Source: an uncultured bacterium
GTDB taxonomy: Bacteria > Patescibacteriota > Minisyncoccia > Phycocordibacterales > PALSA-1337
NCBI GenBank assembly: GCA_963701025.1
Contig: OY969557.1
Span: 368,622-432,621 of the forward strand
Length of the DNA stretch: 64,000 nt
Reading direction: 5' to 3'
In this document: in pieces, positions 39,087 to 49,170 of the stretch
Position numbering within the stretch: position 1 is the first letter of the stretch
Layout of the letters: every line of letters begins with the position of its first letter
Notes under the pieces: model-generated
The model's database searches: none
Told to the model about the DNA's origin: nothing
The model's input: the letters and a program-made list of their open reading frames with translations, nothing else
Program-made: the position numbers and the translations under genes

Positions 39087-39917
39087 CTAACGGCGGCCGC
39101 CACTAAAGGCTTGCCGCATCTGACGCAAATGATCCAGACCGCCCGCTTCCTGCTCGCGGATCTCATGACCGGTCAGCTTGATGAAGGCGTCTTCCAGATT
39201 GGCCGTGCCGGAAGCGGCGATTATGTTCGCTGGGGTATCGCTAGCGATGATCTTGCCATGATCAATGACGGCAACCTGTTGGGCGGAGCGCTCGGCTTCT
39301 TCCATGTAATGCGTGGTGAAAAAGATGGTCAAGCCCTGTTCTTCGTTGAGCTTCTTCAAGTACGTCCATATGTAGTTCCTGGTCTGCGGATCAAGGCCTG
39401 TGGTCGGCTCATCGAGAAAGAGGATGGCCGGTGTGTGCAGAAGCCCGCGGGCGATCTCCAGGCGCCGCTTCATGCCGCCGGAAAAGGTCTTGACCAGGCT
39501 GTCCTTGCGGTCCCAGAGCTCCACGAACTTCATCAAGTCTTCGATCTTCCTGGGCGTCTCCGCGCGCGGCACGCCATAGAGGCCGGCGTGGAAGAACATG
39601 TTCTCGTAGGCGGTGAGCTCGTCGTCGAGCGAAGGATCCTGGAAGACGATGCCGAACGACTGCCGCACGTCATGCGAACGCCGGACGGGATCCATGCCGT
39701 TCACGTGGATCGTGCCCGACGTCGGGTGAACCAGGGTCGTGAGCATTTTGATGGTGGTGGTCTTGCCCGCTCCGTTCGGGCCCAGGAAGGCGAAGATCGA
39801 GCCGGCGGGCACATCGAAAGATATATTATCGACAGCCTTCAAGCCGCCCTTGAACGTCTTGGTCAAGTTCTTGACGGAAATGGCTACTGTCTTTTCTGAT
39901 TGGTTCGGTTGGGGCAT
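39087..39917 (-). CDS. ABC ATP-binding protein (DrrA-like)
   Basis: GPNGAGKTT, FSGGMKRR, LDEPT, TTHYMEEA. Confidence 0.95.
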   Translation of the reverse strand: MPQPNQSEKTVAISVKNLTKTFKGGLKAVDNISFDVPAGSIFAFLGPNGAGKTTTIKMLTTLVHPTSGTIHVNGMDPVRRSHDVRQSFGIVFQDPSLDDELTAYENMFFHAGLYGVPRAETPRKIEDLMKFVELWDRKDSLVKTFSGGMKRRLEIARGLLHTPAILFLDEPTTGLDPQTRNYIWTYLKKLNEEQGLTIFFTTHYMEEAERSAQQVAVIDHGKIIASDTPANIIAASGTANLEDAFIKLTGHEIREQEAGGLDHLRQMRQAFSGGRR

Positions 39918-40095
39918 AGCAATAGAGACGGATGAATGGCGCTTATAATACATACTACCATTCGATGAATTGCGGTGCGAGGGTTTTTGGTGGCGTCATC
40001 CCTGAATCATATATCTTTACATTATATCGTTATTTGACTTTCGACGAGATATACTATTAAATCAACATCAAAAGACCGAAACTGGAAGGAACATT

Positions 40096-40536
40096 ATGAA
40101 ATGCGACATATGCAAGAAGCCAAATCCGGAACTGTTGATAATCCTGCCTATTCATCAAGCAGACGGGAGACTCGACACCATAGCCTGCGAAAAGTGCGCC
40201 AAGGAGTCGAAAGCATACTGTAAGAAACACCGCCGTCCTCACCAAGGCTTCATTGACGGCACAACTGCTTGCTTACAGTGCATCGAGGAGTTGGTGAAAG
40301 TCAACAAAGACGACGCCACATCCATCAGGGACCGCGTGCGGGAAGCCTTGCCACGAGATCAGGTCGAAGATCTAAATGATGCCGCAGAAATCAGCGCGGA
40401 AGTGACGGGCAGTTCCGAAAGCATCGCTGTACTACGCTTCATCGCATCAAAAGCGATGCGCTCGAATCAGACGATCGAAGAGGTGATCAATGAAATCACC
40501 GAATCACATTCCGTCGACTACATTCTCTGGAGATGA
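40096..40536 (+). CDS. Cys-rich hypothetical protein
   Basis: Three CxxC motifs; followed by terminator ccgcca...tggcggttttttt. Confidence 0.7.
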   Translation: MKCDICKKPNPELLIILPIHQADGRLDTIACEKCAKESKAYCKKHRRPHQGFIDGTTACLQCIEELVKVNKDDATSIRDRVREALPRDQVEDLNDAAEISAEVTGSSESIAVLRFIASKAMRSNQTIEEVINEITESHSVDYILWR

Positions 40537-40600
40537 CAAGGGCCGTGTTTGTCACTTCAGGCCGCCAAACTTTATCTGGCGGTTTTTTATTCGCTATCCC

Positions 40601-41645
40601 TCACAGCACCGGCTCGTATTTCTTTTTCCTAAATAGCCAGCCTTCAAGCGAGTATCTGTCGTAGCCGTAGAATATGTAAGCGATGGGGATGCCGATCAAG
40701 ATGAGGTGCGGCCAGACGACTTCGCCGAAAAAGATGAGGGAGAGCGTCAACCAGAAGAGAAGAAAAAAGGCGGTGAAGCGGATCTCGATGCCGAGGATGA
40801 AGAACAGACCGATGGCAAGCTCGACGATAGCGGCGCCTAGGACCAGGAAATGCGGCTCGAAGCCGAGGATCTTGTCCAGGTGGTATTGCTCCACGGTGAA
40901 AAGAGCCAGATTATTGTGGATGATCTTGGCATAAGCCGAGGCATATATGAGGGCCACGCCGAAGAGGACGCGCAGGATCATGAAGCTCCGCGGGGCGAGA
41001 TAGGCCTGGACCTTATTGACAACCTTTTTCTTCGTCGCCATGAGTGTATCCAAGCTGAAGTTATGCGAGCCGAGAATGAGAAGGACGATGATCTCGCCCA
41101 GATAATTCACATAGGTCAGCATGTACCAGCCGTGATTCCGGATGGCGATGACATAGAGTACGAGAGCGACCAGCGCGGCCAGGCGGACATAAAGACCCAA
41201 GATAGCCATAATGCCTATGACCACGAGCACGATCGTTACCAGTCCTGCCCACAGCCCGAAATTCTGGGCCAGCGGTAATTCGGGACCGTATATCGTCTTG
41301 ATAATACGCAGCCGCCAAGAACGACACGCCGATGGTCACGCGAGCGATCGTGGTGGCGTATTTGCGGAGCTTGATCAGCATCGGATCCAGCCTGCGCTCG
41401 AGGAAACGCAGGGTGGATATCCAGAAGACACCGAAGACCGTGAGCACGCCGATGAAAGCCCAGAAAGAGAATTGGCCGATATTATCCATGGCCACGTCGA
41501 ACAGATTGAATGAGGGCGTATCTATAGCTTGGGTGACTTGGCCGGACGTGAGGACATAGACTTCGTGGGCGGAGGAGAGGGTTGGAACAGCGATCACCAC
41601 TAACATAATGGCCGCGAACGCGAATAAAGACATACGATTGATCAT
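40601..41645 (-). pseudogene. DoxX-like membrane protein split by a +1 frameshift
   Basis: AHEVYVL N-terminus; AAYYQ-[gacg]-IYGPEL junction at 41294-41297 joins the two ORFs. Confidence 0.7.
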
Positions 41646-43393
41646 GATGTTTTTACTATATGTTTAAACGCATACTCCAGCGTCCCGCCAACTTTCTTCC
41701 CCGGATTGAAAACGCCTTTCGGATCCCAGATCTTCTTTGCCTCTTCGAAAAGTTTGTAGACTTCTTCGCCGTACTGCATCTTGACGAACGGCGTCCTGAT
41801 AATACCATCATTGTGCTCGCCAGTGATGGAACCATGGAATTCGTGGACGAGAGTGTAGACCTTGACTGACAATTCTTCGATGATCTTGTGGGCCTTCGGA
41901 TCGGCCAGATCCATGAGCGGGATGATATGGAAATTGCCGTCGCCGACGTGGCCGGCGATGGTATAGGTCAAGTCCTTCTTGTAGGGCTCGAGCAAGGCAT
42001 AGAGCTTTGGCAGAAAGACCGGCAAATCCTTCGGCATGACCACGAAATCGTCTATGAACGGCGCCGTGCGCACGCCGTGGATATGTTTGCGGAGCATGTT
42101 GAAGCTCTCGCGTCGGATGACCCAGTATTTATTCTCGTCGTTGGTGGTTTTCGTCACCCGGGTCTTTTCATGGAATTGTTTGAGTGAAGTTTGCGCCTTT
42201 GTGGCCATGCTCAAGGCTTCTTCGTCGGAATCGGCCGTGAATTCAGCCATGAGGACGAGCTTCGGCAAGCCGCCTTCGAGTACAGCCACCATCTCCGGCA
42301 CGAATTCGAGGCCAAGGGTCAGCAAATTGCCGCCCATCTGCTTCATCAGTTGAGGCAGGAATTTGAAAGCGACTTTCAGGGTCTGATCATCGTACGATTC
42401 GAAACTCTCGGGCTTGAAATCGAGTATATGCGTGGCGGTATCGCCGAGCTGGTCGAGACTGGTCAGGAATACGACCAACAGATGTGAATACTTTTTCGGC
42501 TTGACCAAAGCGAATTCTATTTCGGTGATGAGGCCGAGCGTGCCTTGAGAGCCGACGATCATCTTGGTCAGGTCGAAATAGGGTATAGGGTTTAGGGTAT
42601 AGTCCTCTACCCTATCCCCTACACCCTTGTTCATCACATTCCATAGGTAATAGCCACAGGAATTCTTCGAGACTATAGGCTTTGCTTTTTGAAGAAGTTC
42701 GTAGTTGGAGTCGATGAGGTCGAACATTTTGCGGTAAATTTCGCCCTCGAAGGTGGGCAGTTTCTTTTTTTCCTCCACTTTAGTCGAGTAAAGTGGCTTG
42801 AATTCATACTCATTGCCGTCGGCACAGACCATCTTTAACCGTCTGATATATCTTTCAGTTTTGCCATAGGTCAACGTCTTCTCACCGCCGGCATTATTCG
42901 CCACCATACCGCCCACGGTGCACAGCTCGCGCGACGCCGGATATGACGGCATGATCTGTCCTCCTTTCTCCAAAGTAGCCTTATCAAAATCGCGATAGTA
43001 AACGCCTGGTTCGGTCACGGCATAACCTGATATTTCCACGCCATTTATATCCTCTTGCTTCTCTTCTTTGACCTTTTTTATATGATTGAAATATTTCGTA
43101 AATGAGACGACGACTGACTCTGTGAGCGGCCCGCCTGACATATCCGTGCCGGCCGAACGCGCGGTCAAGGTGACAAGTGGTTTTGGTTCCGCACTCGCCT
43201 TGCCGCCCGGCGGGGTGTTACGGCCAAGCGCGTATTTGACTAATTTCTTGATGTCTTCGACATCCTTCGGATGGACGACCGCCTGCGGCCTGACCTCAAA
43301 TAGGCTCGCGTCATGGCTGGCGGCGACGAGCGATTCGTCTGATGTCTCGACGTCGCCGGAGATGAGTGACGAGAGATCTGAAGCTTTCAGCAT
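41642..43393 (-). CDS. FAD-linked oxidase (GlcD/D-lactate dehydrogenase-like)
   Basis: RSAGTDMSG, TVGGMVANN, GSQGTLG, GHVGDGNFH, GEHNDG, FNPGK. Confidence 0.92.
   Translation of the reverse strand: MLKASDLSSLISGDVETSDESLVAASHDASLFEVRPQAVVHPKDVEDIKKLVKYALGRNTPPGGKASAEPKPLVTLTARSAGTDMSGGPLTESVVVSFTKYFNHIKKVKEEKQEDINGVEISGYAVTEPGVYYRDFDKATLEKGGQIMPSYPASRELCTVGGMVANNAGGEKTLTYGKTERYIRRLKMVCADGNEYEFKPLYSTKVEEKKKLPTFEGEIYRKMFDLIDSNYELLQKAKPIVSKNSCGYYLWNVMNKGVGDRVEDYTLNPIPYFDLTKMIVGSQGTLGLITEIEFALVKPKKYSHLLVVFLTSLDQLGDTATHILDFKPESFESYDDQTLKVAFKFLPQLMKQMGGNLLTLGLEFVPEMVAVLEGGLPKLVLMAEFTADSDEEALSMATKAQTSLKQFHEKTRVTKTTNDENKYWVIRRESFNMLRKHIHGVRTAPFIDDFVVMPKDLPVFLPKLYALLEPYKKDLTYTIAGHVGDGNFHIIPLMDLADPKAHKIIEELSVKVYTLVHEFHGSITGEHNDGIIRTPFVKMQYGEEVYKLFEEAKKIWDPKGVFNPGKKVGGTLEYAFKHIVKTS
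42579..42627. repeat. Inverted heptamer-repeat element in frame inside the FAD oxidase
   Basis: tagggtatagggtttagggtatag...ctctaccctatcccctacaccct; encodes GVGDRVEDYTLNPIPY. Confidence 0.75.
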
Positions 43394-43498
43394 GGGTAGA
43401 ATTATAACACGGGCGCAAGAACATATTGACAAAAGAACGATTTGATATAGTCTTCATATTCGGGTATCACAGAAACAACAGAAAACAAAAGAGAAACT

Positions 43499-43927
43499 AT
43501 GGACACGAAAACACGCAGAGTCCTTCGACCGAACTTCGAAAAACGCGGCGGATTGATCACAGTGGTCGCCACGGACGTATTCACGGGAAATGTCCTGATG
43601 GTCGCCTACACGGATGAGGCCGGCTTTATGGAGACCTTGAAGACGGGCGAGGCCGTCTATTATTCCACTTCGCGTAAAAAACGCTGGAAAAAAGGCGAGG
43701 AGAGCGGCGATATCCAGAAAGTACGCCAAGTCCTCATTGATTGCGACGGCGATGCCGTCATCTACCTCGTGGAGCAATGCGGTGACGGGGCGTGCCATAC
43801 AAAAGCCAAAAGTTGCTTTTATCGCGATGTCCTTGAGGGGTTCGAGATCATGAAGGCCCCAAAATCCGGCGCCAAGGAAGAATTACCTTTCATCGAAGTC
43901 GAAGTCTCCTCGAGCCTCCGAGGCTGA
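43499..43927 (+). CDS. hisI: Phosphoribosyl-AMP cyclohydrolase
   Basis: VLMVAY, STSR..W.KGEESG, DCDGD, ACHT...CFY. Confidence 0.92.
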   Translation: MDTKTRRVLRPNFEKRGGLITVVATDVFTGNVLMVAYTDEAGFMETLKTGEAVYYSTSRKKRWKKGEESGDIQKVRQVLIDCDGDAVIYLVEQCGDGACHTKAKSCFYRDVLEGFEIMKAPKSGAKEELPFIEVEVSSSLRG

Positions 43928-44019
43928 CGGAAGCGAAGACCAAAAGCTCACCCGAGCCATTGGTCTTTTTTATTACACTACCTTCTTATCGCGCCAACTT
44001 AACATGCTATACTCGAACC

Positions 44020-44496
44020 ATGAGAGAGATCCCGGAAAAGAACATCCGCACCATATTTGTCGTCAGCCTCTTCATCAAGGCCTTCGACGCCATCCTGGAA
44101 GTCATCGGTGGCATCATACTGTTCATGCCTGCCAGCTTGGCAAAGCTTTTTTCATCCCTCACCTCCGGCGAATTGGCCGAGGATCCGACGTCCTTCACCG
44201 CCAATCATATCCGCGATCTCATACCGTATTTGTCATCGAATGGCATCCTGTTCGGCGCCTTTTATCTCTTGTCGCACGGCATAATCAAGCTCATCCTTGT
44301 CGGTGGCCTTCTCCGGCGAAAGCTCTGGATGTATCCGACGGCCATCGTCATCTTCGCCCTCTTCGTCATCTATCAACTCTATCGTTTCTCATACACCCAT
44401 TCGATCTTCATGATCGTCCTCACCGTCTTCGATCTATTCCTGATCGCCCTGACCTGGCATGAATACCGGTTCATGAAAAAAGGCATCGTTACATAA
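44020..44496 (+). CDS. DUF2127-like membrane protein
   Basis: ELAEDP, YLLSHGIIK, LTWHEY. Confidence 0.75.
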   Translation: MREIPEKNIRTIFVVSLFIKAFDAILEVIGGIILFMPASLAKLFSSLTSGELAEDPTSFTANHIRDLIPYLSSNGILFGAFYLLSHGIIKLILVGGLLRRKLWMYPTAIVIFALFVIYQLYRFSYTHSIFMIVLTVFDLFLIALTWHEYRFMKKGIVT

Positions 44497-44521
44497 TGAA
44501 CCGCTTAAAAAAGCCTTAACA

Positions 44522-44920
44522 TTACCACCCGAGCGAATAGACCCACGGCTGGCTGACGGCCACGAGTGCCAGGATAGCCGCGGCCAGGGCCATATTCTTC
44601 TCGAAGTTGATCTTCTCCGAATATTTTTGACCAGGATCTTGGACTTTCCAGTAGGCGTGGATCTTCCATGAGACGCCGATGAGGAATATGACCAATGCGG
44701 CGATGCCATAGTACGGCCAGACGCCGAGGAGGATGGACAAAGCTCCGAAGAGGGCGAGAACGCCCGTGCCGATGACGGCGAGCTTGGCCGTGCGGACGGA
44801 ACTCACCCCCTTAGACTGGGTATAGCCGACGAGACCGGCTGATTTGAAGATATGGTTGTACGCCACATTCAGCCAGTAGAGGCAGAGAGCGGCGCGGGCG
44901 ATGAGGAATATGATTACCAT
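44522..44920 (-). CDS. DoxX-family membrane protein
   Basis: IHAYWK...NFEKNMAL. Confidence 0.8.
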   Translation of the reverse strand: MVIIFLIARAALCLYWLNVAYNHIFKSAGLVGYTQSKGVSSVRTAKLAVIGTGVLALFGALSILLGVWPYYGIAALVIFLIGVSWKIHAYWKVQDPGQKYSEKINFEKNMALAAAILALVAVSQPWVYSLGW

Positions 44921-44989
44921 GGCGGTGATATAGGTTAACCGATGCTAATGGGATAAGAATATCATGATATAATCCCTGCATACAATTAC

Positions 44990-45394
44990 ATGAGCAATGC
45001 TATCGTACAAGTCGGACCGTCCGAAGAGATCGCGCCGGGTAAGCGCGTGATACGCGCCCTTCTGGGCGGAAGATTCAGCGCGGAAGAGATACCACTGCTC
45101 GAAGCATGGGCTGACGGCCTGCATAAGTCGATAGAAACTGAAGCCGCCGGAAAAAGCCGGTCCGTCTGCGTCCTTATGGATATCAGCGGCATGGATACAT
45201 ACGACGATCCCAAAGTCATCGATATCCTGGCCGATCTCATGAAGAAGGACAACCCCTACATCCGCAAGACCGCCACCTGGGGCGGCAATGACATCCTCGA
45301 GATGGTGGAGCAGGTCGTCCGCAGTATGGCCGGTCGCGACAATATAATGAATTTCAAGACGGAGAAAGAGGCTTTGAAGTGGTTACAAGAATAG
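44990..45394 (+). CDS. Hypothetical protein (STAS/SEC14-like)
   Basis: VLMDIS...NFKTEKEALKWL. Confidence 0.6.
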   Translation: MSNAIVQVGPSEEIAPGKRVIRALLGGRFSAEEIPLLEAWADGLHKSIETEAAGKSRSVCVLMDISGMDTYDDPKVIDILADLMKKDNPYIRKTATWGGNDILEMVEQVVRSMAGRDNIMNFKTEKEALKWLQE

Positions 45395-45420
45395 GATATA
45401 CATTGTAGGAATGTCCTTGT

Positions 45421-47350
45421 TTACCTCCTCCTCCCCCTCCCGGCCCTTAAAGCGTTCCCTATCGGAATAAAGTCGGTCAGGAAATTAAACGCCGCAGCGC
45501 CGGCTGGTCCTAAAACGCCCAGGCCGGGGATGCCGACGGTGACCCAGACGAGGCCGAAGGCGTTGGTCACGGCCCAGATGCCGAAGCATTGCCACATGAT
45601 GGCCCTGACCTGGCGGGCGGTCTTCATGGTCTCCGGCAGGCGGCGCAGGTGGTCGTGCATGATGGTGATGTCGGCCGCTTCGATGGCCGCGTCGGAGCCG
45701 ATGCCGCCCATGGCGATGCCAACGTCGGCCAGAGCCAATGAAGCCGCGTCATTCACCCCGTCGCCGATATAGGCGACGACTTCCGGTTCTTTCTCGCGCT
45801 CGAAACGGTTGACGAAAGCCACTTTCGATTCCGGCGTCATATTGGCATGGAAATGCCTGATGCCGAGCTCGCCGGCCACGGCCGCCGCGGCATGCTCGTT
45901 GTCGCCGGTCAGCATGTGCCATTCCTTGACTCCGTAAACTCCGGTTTCTGCAATGATGTCTTTGGCATGAGGACGCAATTCGTCGCGATATGACAGAAGA
46001 CCGGCCACTTCCCCGCCGATAGCCAGGACAACCACGCCGCGTCCGGCGTCTTTCTCCAGATCGATGTCTTTCTTTATTTGCTCGGGAATGCGCACGCCAT
46101 TGGACTCCATGAATGAAAGACGGCCGAGGAGCATGTGCTCATTGCCGTGGCTGTACGACACGCCCTGACCCGACACTTCCTCCGACTGATGCGGCGCGTG
46201 GATGGCGATATTCTTTGTCCTGATGTAATCGAGAATGGCCCGCGAGACCGCGTGCTTGGACTCCGAAGCGCCCATGCCGGCGCGGTTCAGGACCGTATTC
46301 GCGGAGAAAGCGCCATACGTCTTCACCTCCACTATCTTCGGCTTGCCCCGGGTCAAAGTGCCGGTCTTGTCGGTCAATATGTATTTCGTCCGAGAAAGCT
46401 GTTCAAAAGCGGCCGAGCCTTTGACGATGACGCCGCGCTTGGCGGTGCGGGCGATAGCGGAGGTGAAAGCCAATGGCACGGCCACGGCGATGTCGTCGGC
46501 GCAGACCACGAGAAGGATGGCCAGTATCTCATTCGGAGACAGGCCATAGAGATAGAGGGCGAATGAGCCCGCGAGCGACAGACCTATGTACCACTGGGTG
46601 AAAGTATCAGCCACTCGCTCGGCCCGGCTCTTTGACCGGCTGGCCTCTTCGACCAGAGCCATGATGCGGGCCAGCGTCGAATCCTTGCCGATCTTCTCGG
46701 CCCTGACCACAAGCGAGCCGCTCTCGTTCACCGTGGCGGTGAAGACGCTGCTACCGGCTTTTTTCGGCACGAGCTCGCTCTCGCCGGTCAGCGACGACTC
46801 GTCGACCTCGGCTTCGCCGGAGACGACCGTGCCGTCGACAGGCATGCGATCGCCGGATTCGACCACTATATGGTCGCCGACTTTGACCTGGCTGATGTGT
46901 ATATCTCTGACCGTCTCGCCGTCTTGGATGCGGACGTTCTCGACGTGATATTTCATCAAGCTCTCGATGACCTTCTTGGCCCGAGATCTGGGTGACATGA
47001 TCGAAGACCCGGGCGCAGGCCAGCATGAGGGTGATGAAGGCGGCCGAAGACCACTGATGGGCAAGGAGCGAGAAAGCTAGGGCGACCGACGCTAGAAGGT
47101 CGACCGAGACGCGCCTGTGGGCGATCGACTTCGCGGCGCTTATAAGGACCGGGATGAGGCCGAGGAAAGAAAGGACGGCGAGGATGATGGTCAGGATGGG
47201 CTTCACTCCCGCCGGAAATGGCATGAAAAGAGCGATGAGTGAAAGAGTCGTGAGTGCGATGAGGAAGATGTCGAAGGTGAATAGGAATCTGCCGCTACGG
47301 CCGATCTTGGCGGCGGCTTTGGATTCCTGGCAGGCTGTAGCAGAGAACAT
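45421..47350 (-). pseudogene. P1B-type heavy-metal ATPase split by a +1 frameshift
   Basis: TGES, DKTGTLT, SKH, MLTGD, GDGVND; HVTQ-[atct]-RAKKVIE junction at 46984-46987. Confidence 0.8.
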
Positions 47351-47357
47351 GGGGATA

Positions 47358-48365
47358 TTATAGCAGGTATGCCGATCTTAACTTCTCGATTTGGGCTTTT
47401 AGTTTATGACTATTGCCGTGACTGATCAGACCGAGATAAGACTGTACGGTCTCCGCTTTTCCGCCTTTTTCCTCGATCGTTCTAAACATCTTCCGCTTCG
47501 TTGCAGTTCGTAGCACACGATGATCCGTAAAATTGATCCATCCGAGGTAGTCGACGCCGGAGGCAATGGTGCGTATGGATATTTTCTTGGGATGTAAATG
47601 AAGGTGTAATCTGTCGTTCAAAAAAGATCGTATCTGCGGAATGAGCCCGACAAGCCAGTCCCGATCTGATGAGAAGAGAACGAAATCATCGGCGTAGCGG
47701 ATATAGTATTTTGCTTTAAGTTTGTGCTTCACGAACTGATCGAACTCATTCATGTAGATATTGACTAGGAGCTGTGAAGTGAGGTTGCCGAGAGGTAGAC
47801 CGATGCCGTCGGCAGTCGAGTGAAAGCTGCCAATGATTTCAGAGAGGAGCCAGATAATATCCTTGTCTGGAATATAATCTTTGATGATTTCAACGAGTAC
47901 TCTCTGGTCAATAGATGCGAAGAATTTCTTGATGTCGCATTTAAGCACCCAAGCAGTCTGCGTGTGATTCTGCGTCACTTTGTATGAAAAATCTCGGAAT
48001 CGGTTTACTGCTTCATGTGTCCCCTTTCCGAACCTGCATGAAAATGAATCCGCAATGAATATCTTGTCGAAAAAGATATGGAGTTCACGATAGATTGCGT
48101 GATGAAGTAGCCTGTCTCTCACGCTCGCCTTGTGGATGTTCCTCGGCTTTGGGTCGGATATATTGAACGCTTCGTATGATGAATGCTTGTAAGTCTTTGC
48201 CACAAGGTCATTATGAAGCGAAATTATATTGTCCATCAGATTTCGTTCGAATGTCTGAACGTCTTTTCTGGCCCGTTTTCCTTTCACGAACTCTTTCCAT
48301 GCCTCGATGATATTTTCGAGGGAAATGATATGATTGTAGCCATGTCCAAATTGAATCCGTCGCAT
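47358..48365 (-). CDS. DGR reverse transcriptase
   Basis: KPRNI, RDRLLHHA, CDIKKFF, GLPLGNLTSQ (DGR-type SQ), YIRYADDF, DYLG; about 335 aa, no maturase or endonuclease domain. Confidence 0.93.
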   Translation of the reverse strand: MRRIQFGHGYNHIISLENIIEAWKEFVKGKRARKDVQTFERNLMDNIISLHNDLVAKTYKHSSYEAFNISDPKPRNIHKASVRDRLLHHAIYRELHIFFDKIFIADSFSCRFGKGTHEAVNRFRDFSYKVTQNHTQTAWVLKCDIKKFFASIDQRVLVEIIKDYIPDKDIIWLLSEIIGSFHSTADGIGLPLGNLTSQLLVNIYMNEFDQFVKHKLKAKYYIRYADDFVLFSSDRDWLVGLIPQIRSFLNDRLHLHLHPKKISIRTIASGVDYLGWINFTDHRVLRTATKRKMFRTIEEKGGKAETVQSYLGLISHGNSHKLKAQIEKLRSAYLL

Positions 48366-48406
48366 GTCAGAGAAGTCGCCCCCCCCCCCACGGATTTTTA
48401 CCTGTA

Positions 48407-48760
48407 TTGAGTAAGGTGAAAGAAACATATTTGTTGTGGTATGGATATTACCAGATTTTACCCAAGGCACACAGGCATTCCCTTGGACAGAGGATTGACG
48501 GCCTTTTTATCGAAGTCATAGAGGCCATAACTGCCGCCAGTTTCTTGTCTCCCATTGAAAAACATCCGTATGTCCGGTTGGCCATCAAAAAGACCGACAC
48601 GCTCAAGGTCTTGCTCATGGTTCTGTGGGAGACCAAATCGCTTGATGACAAGAAATATATAGCCCTGTCGGTGAAGTTGGACGAGATAGGCAAGAATCTG
48701 GGCGGCTGGAACGGACAACTCACAAGACAAAACTCCCCCGTAAAAACGAGGGAGAAATGA
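48407..48760 (+). CDS. avd: Avd-like accessory protein (four-helix bundle), antisense to RT/TR; start uncertain
   Basis: LPKAHRHSLGQRI...LDEIGKNLGGW pattern; lies between TR and RT. Confidence 0.8.
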   Translation: MSKVKETYLLWYGYYQILPKAHRHSLGQRIDGLFIEVIEAITAASFLSPIEKHPYVRLAIKKTDTLKVLLMVLWETKSLDDKKYIALSVKLDEIGKNLGGWNGQLTRQNSPVKTREK

Positions 48761-48766
48761 AGAGAG

Positions 48767-48890
48767 TTGCGGACACCGCAGCCGGATTGTTGGAGTTCCA
48801 GTCGTTGTCGAGCCAGTTGTTGCTCCAAATCCACCTGTCGCCGTTCCAGTTGAGGTAACGGACGTAGAGGTTGCCGTCAGAGTTGCGGTA
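48767..48890 (-). repeat. DGR template repeat (TR)
   Basis: 124 bp; minus strand has 9 AAC + 1 AAT codons in the target frame; aligns ungapped to 49296-49419. Confidence 0.95.
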
Positions 48891-49170
48891 TCGTACGGGA
48901 CGCCTTCCGTGCCACCACCCCTTGAATGCTCTCAGGGTTGAATCGTATCCGGCATCGAAATGCCCTAGCGCCTCGTACCAAGTATGTTCATTTTTTAATG
49001 AAGTTCTGCATGCACCACTCTACCCAAAACCTTGGTCTTGCCCAAAGGGTCAATGTGCTCATTGAGATACGCTCGATGCATGGATACTGGATTCGGTAGC
49101 GAGAAACCGTGGTCGCCCGCATATTCACCTACTACCGCACTCGATTCTAGCATATTTATATAAATGACAA

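Noticed and set aside
47358-48365. Group II intron or retron RT
   Set aside because: Too short, no maturase or endonuclease domain, has the SQ motif, and a TR/VR pair plus Avd are adjacent.
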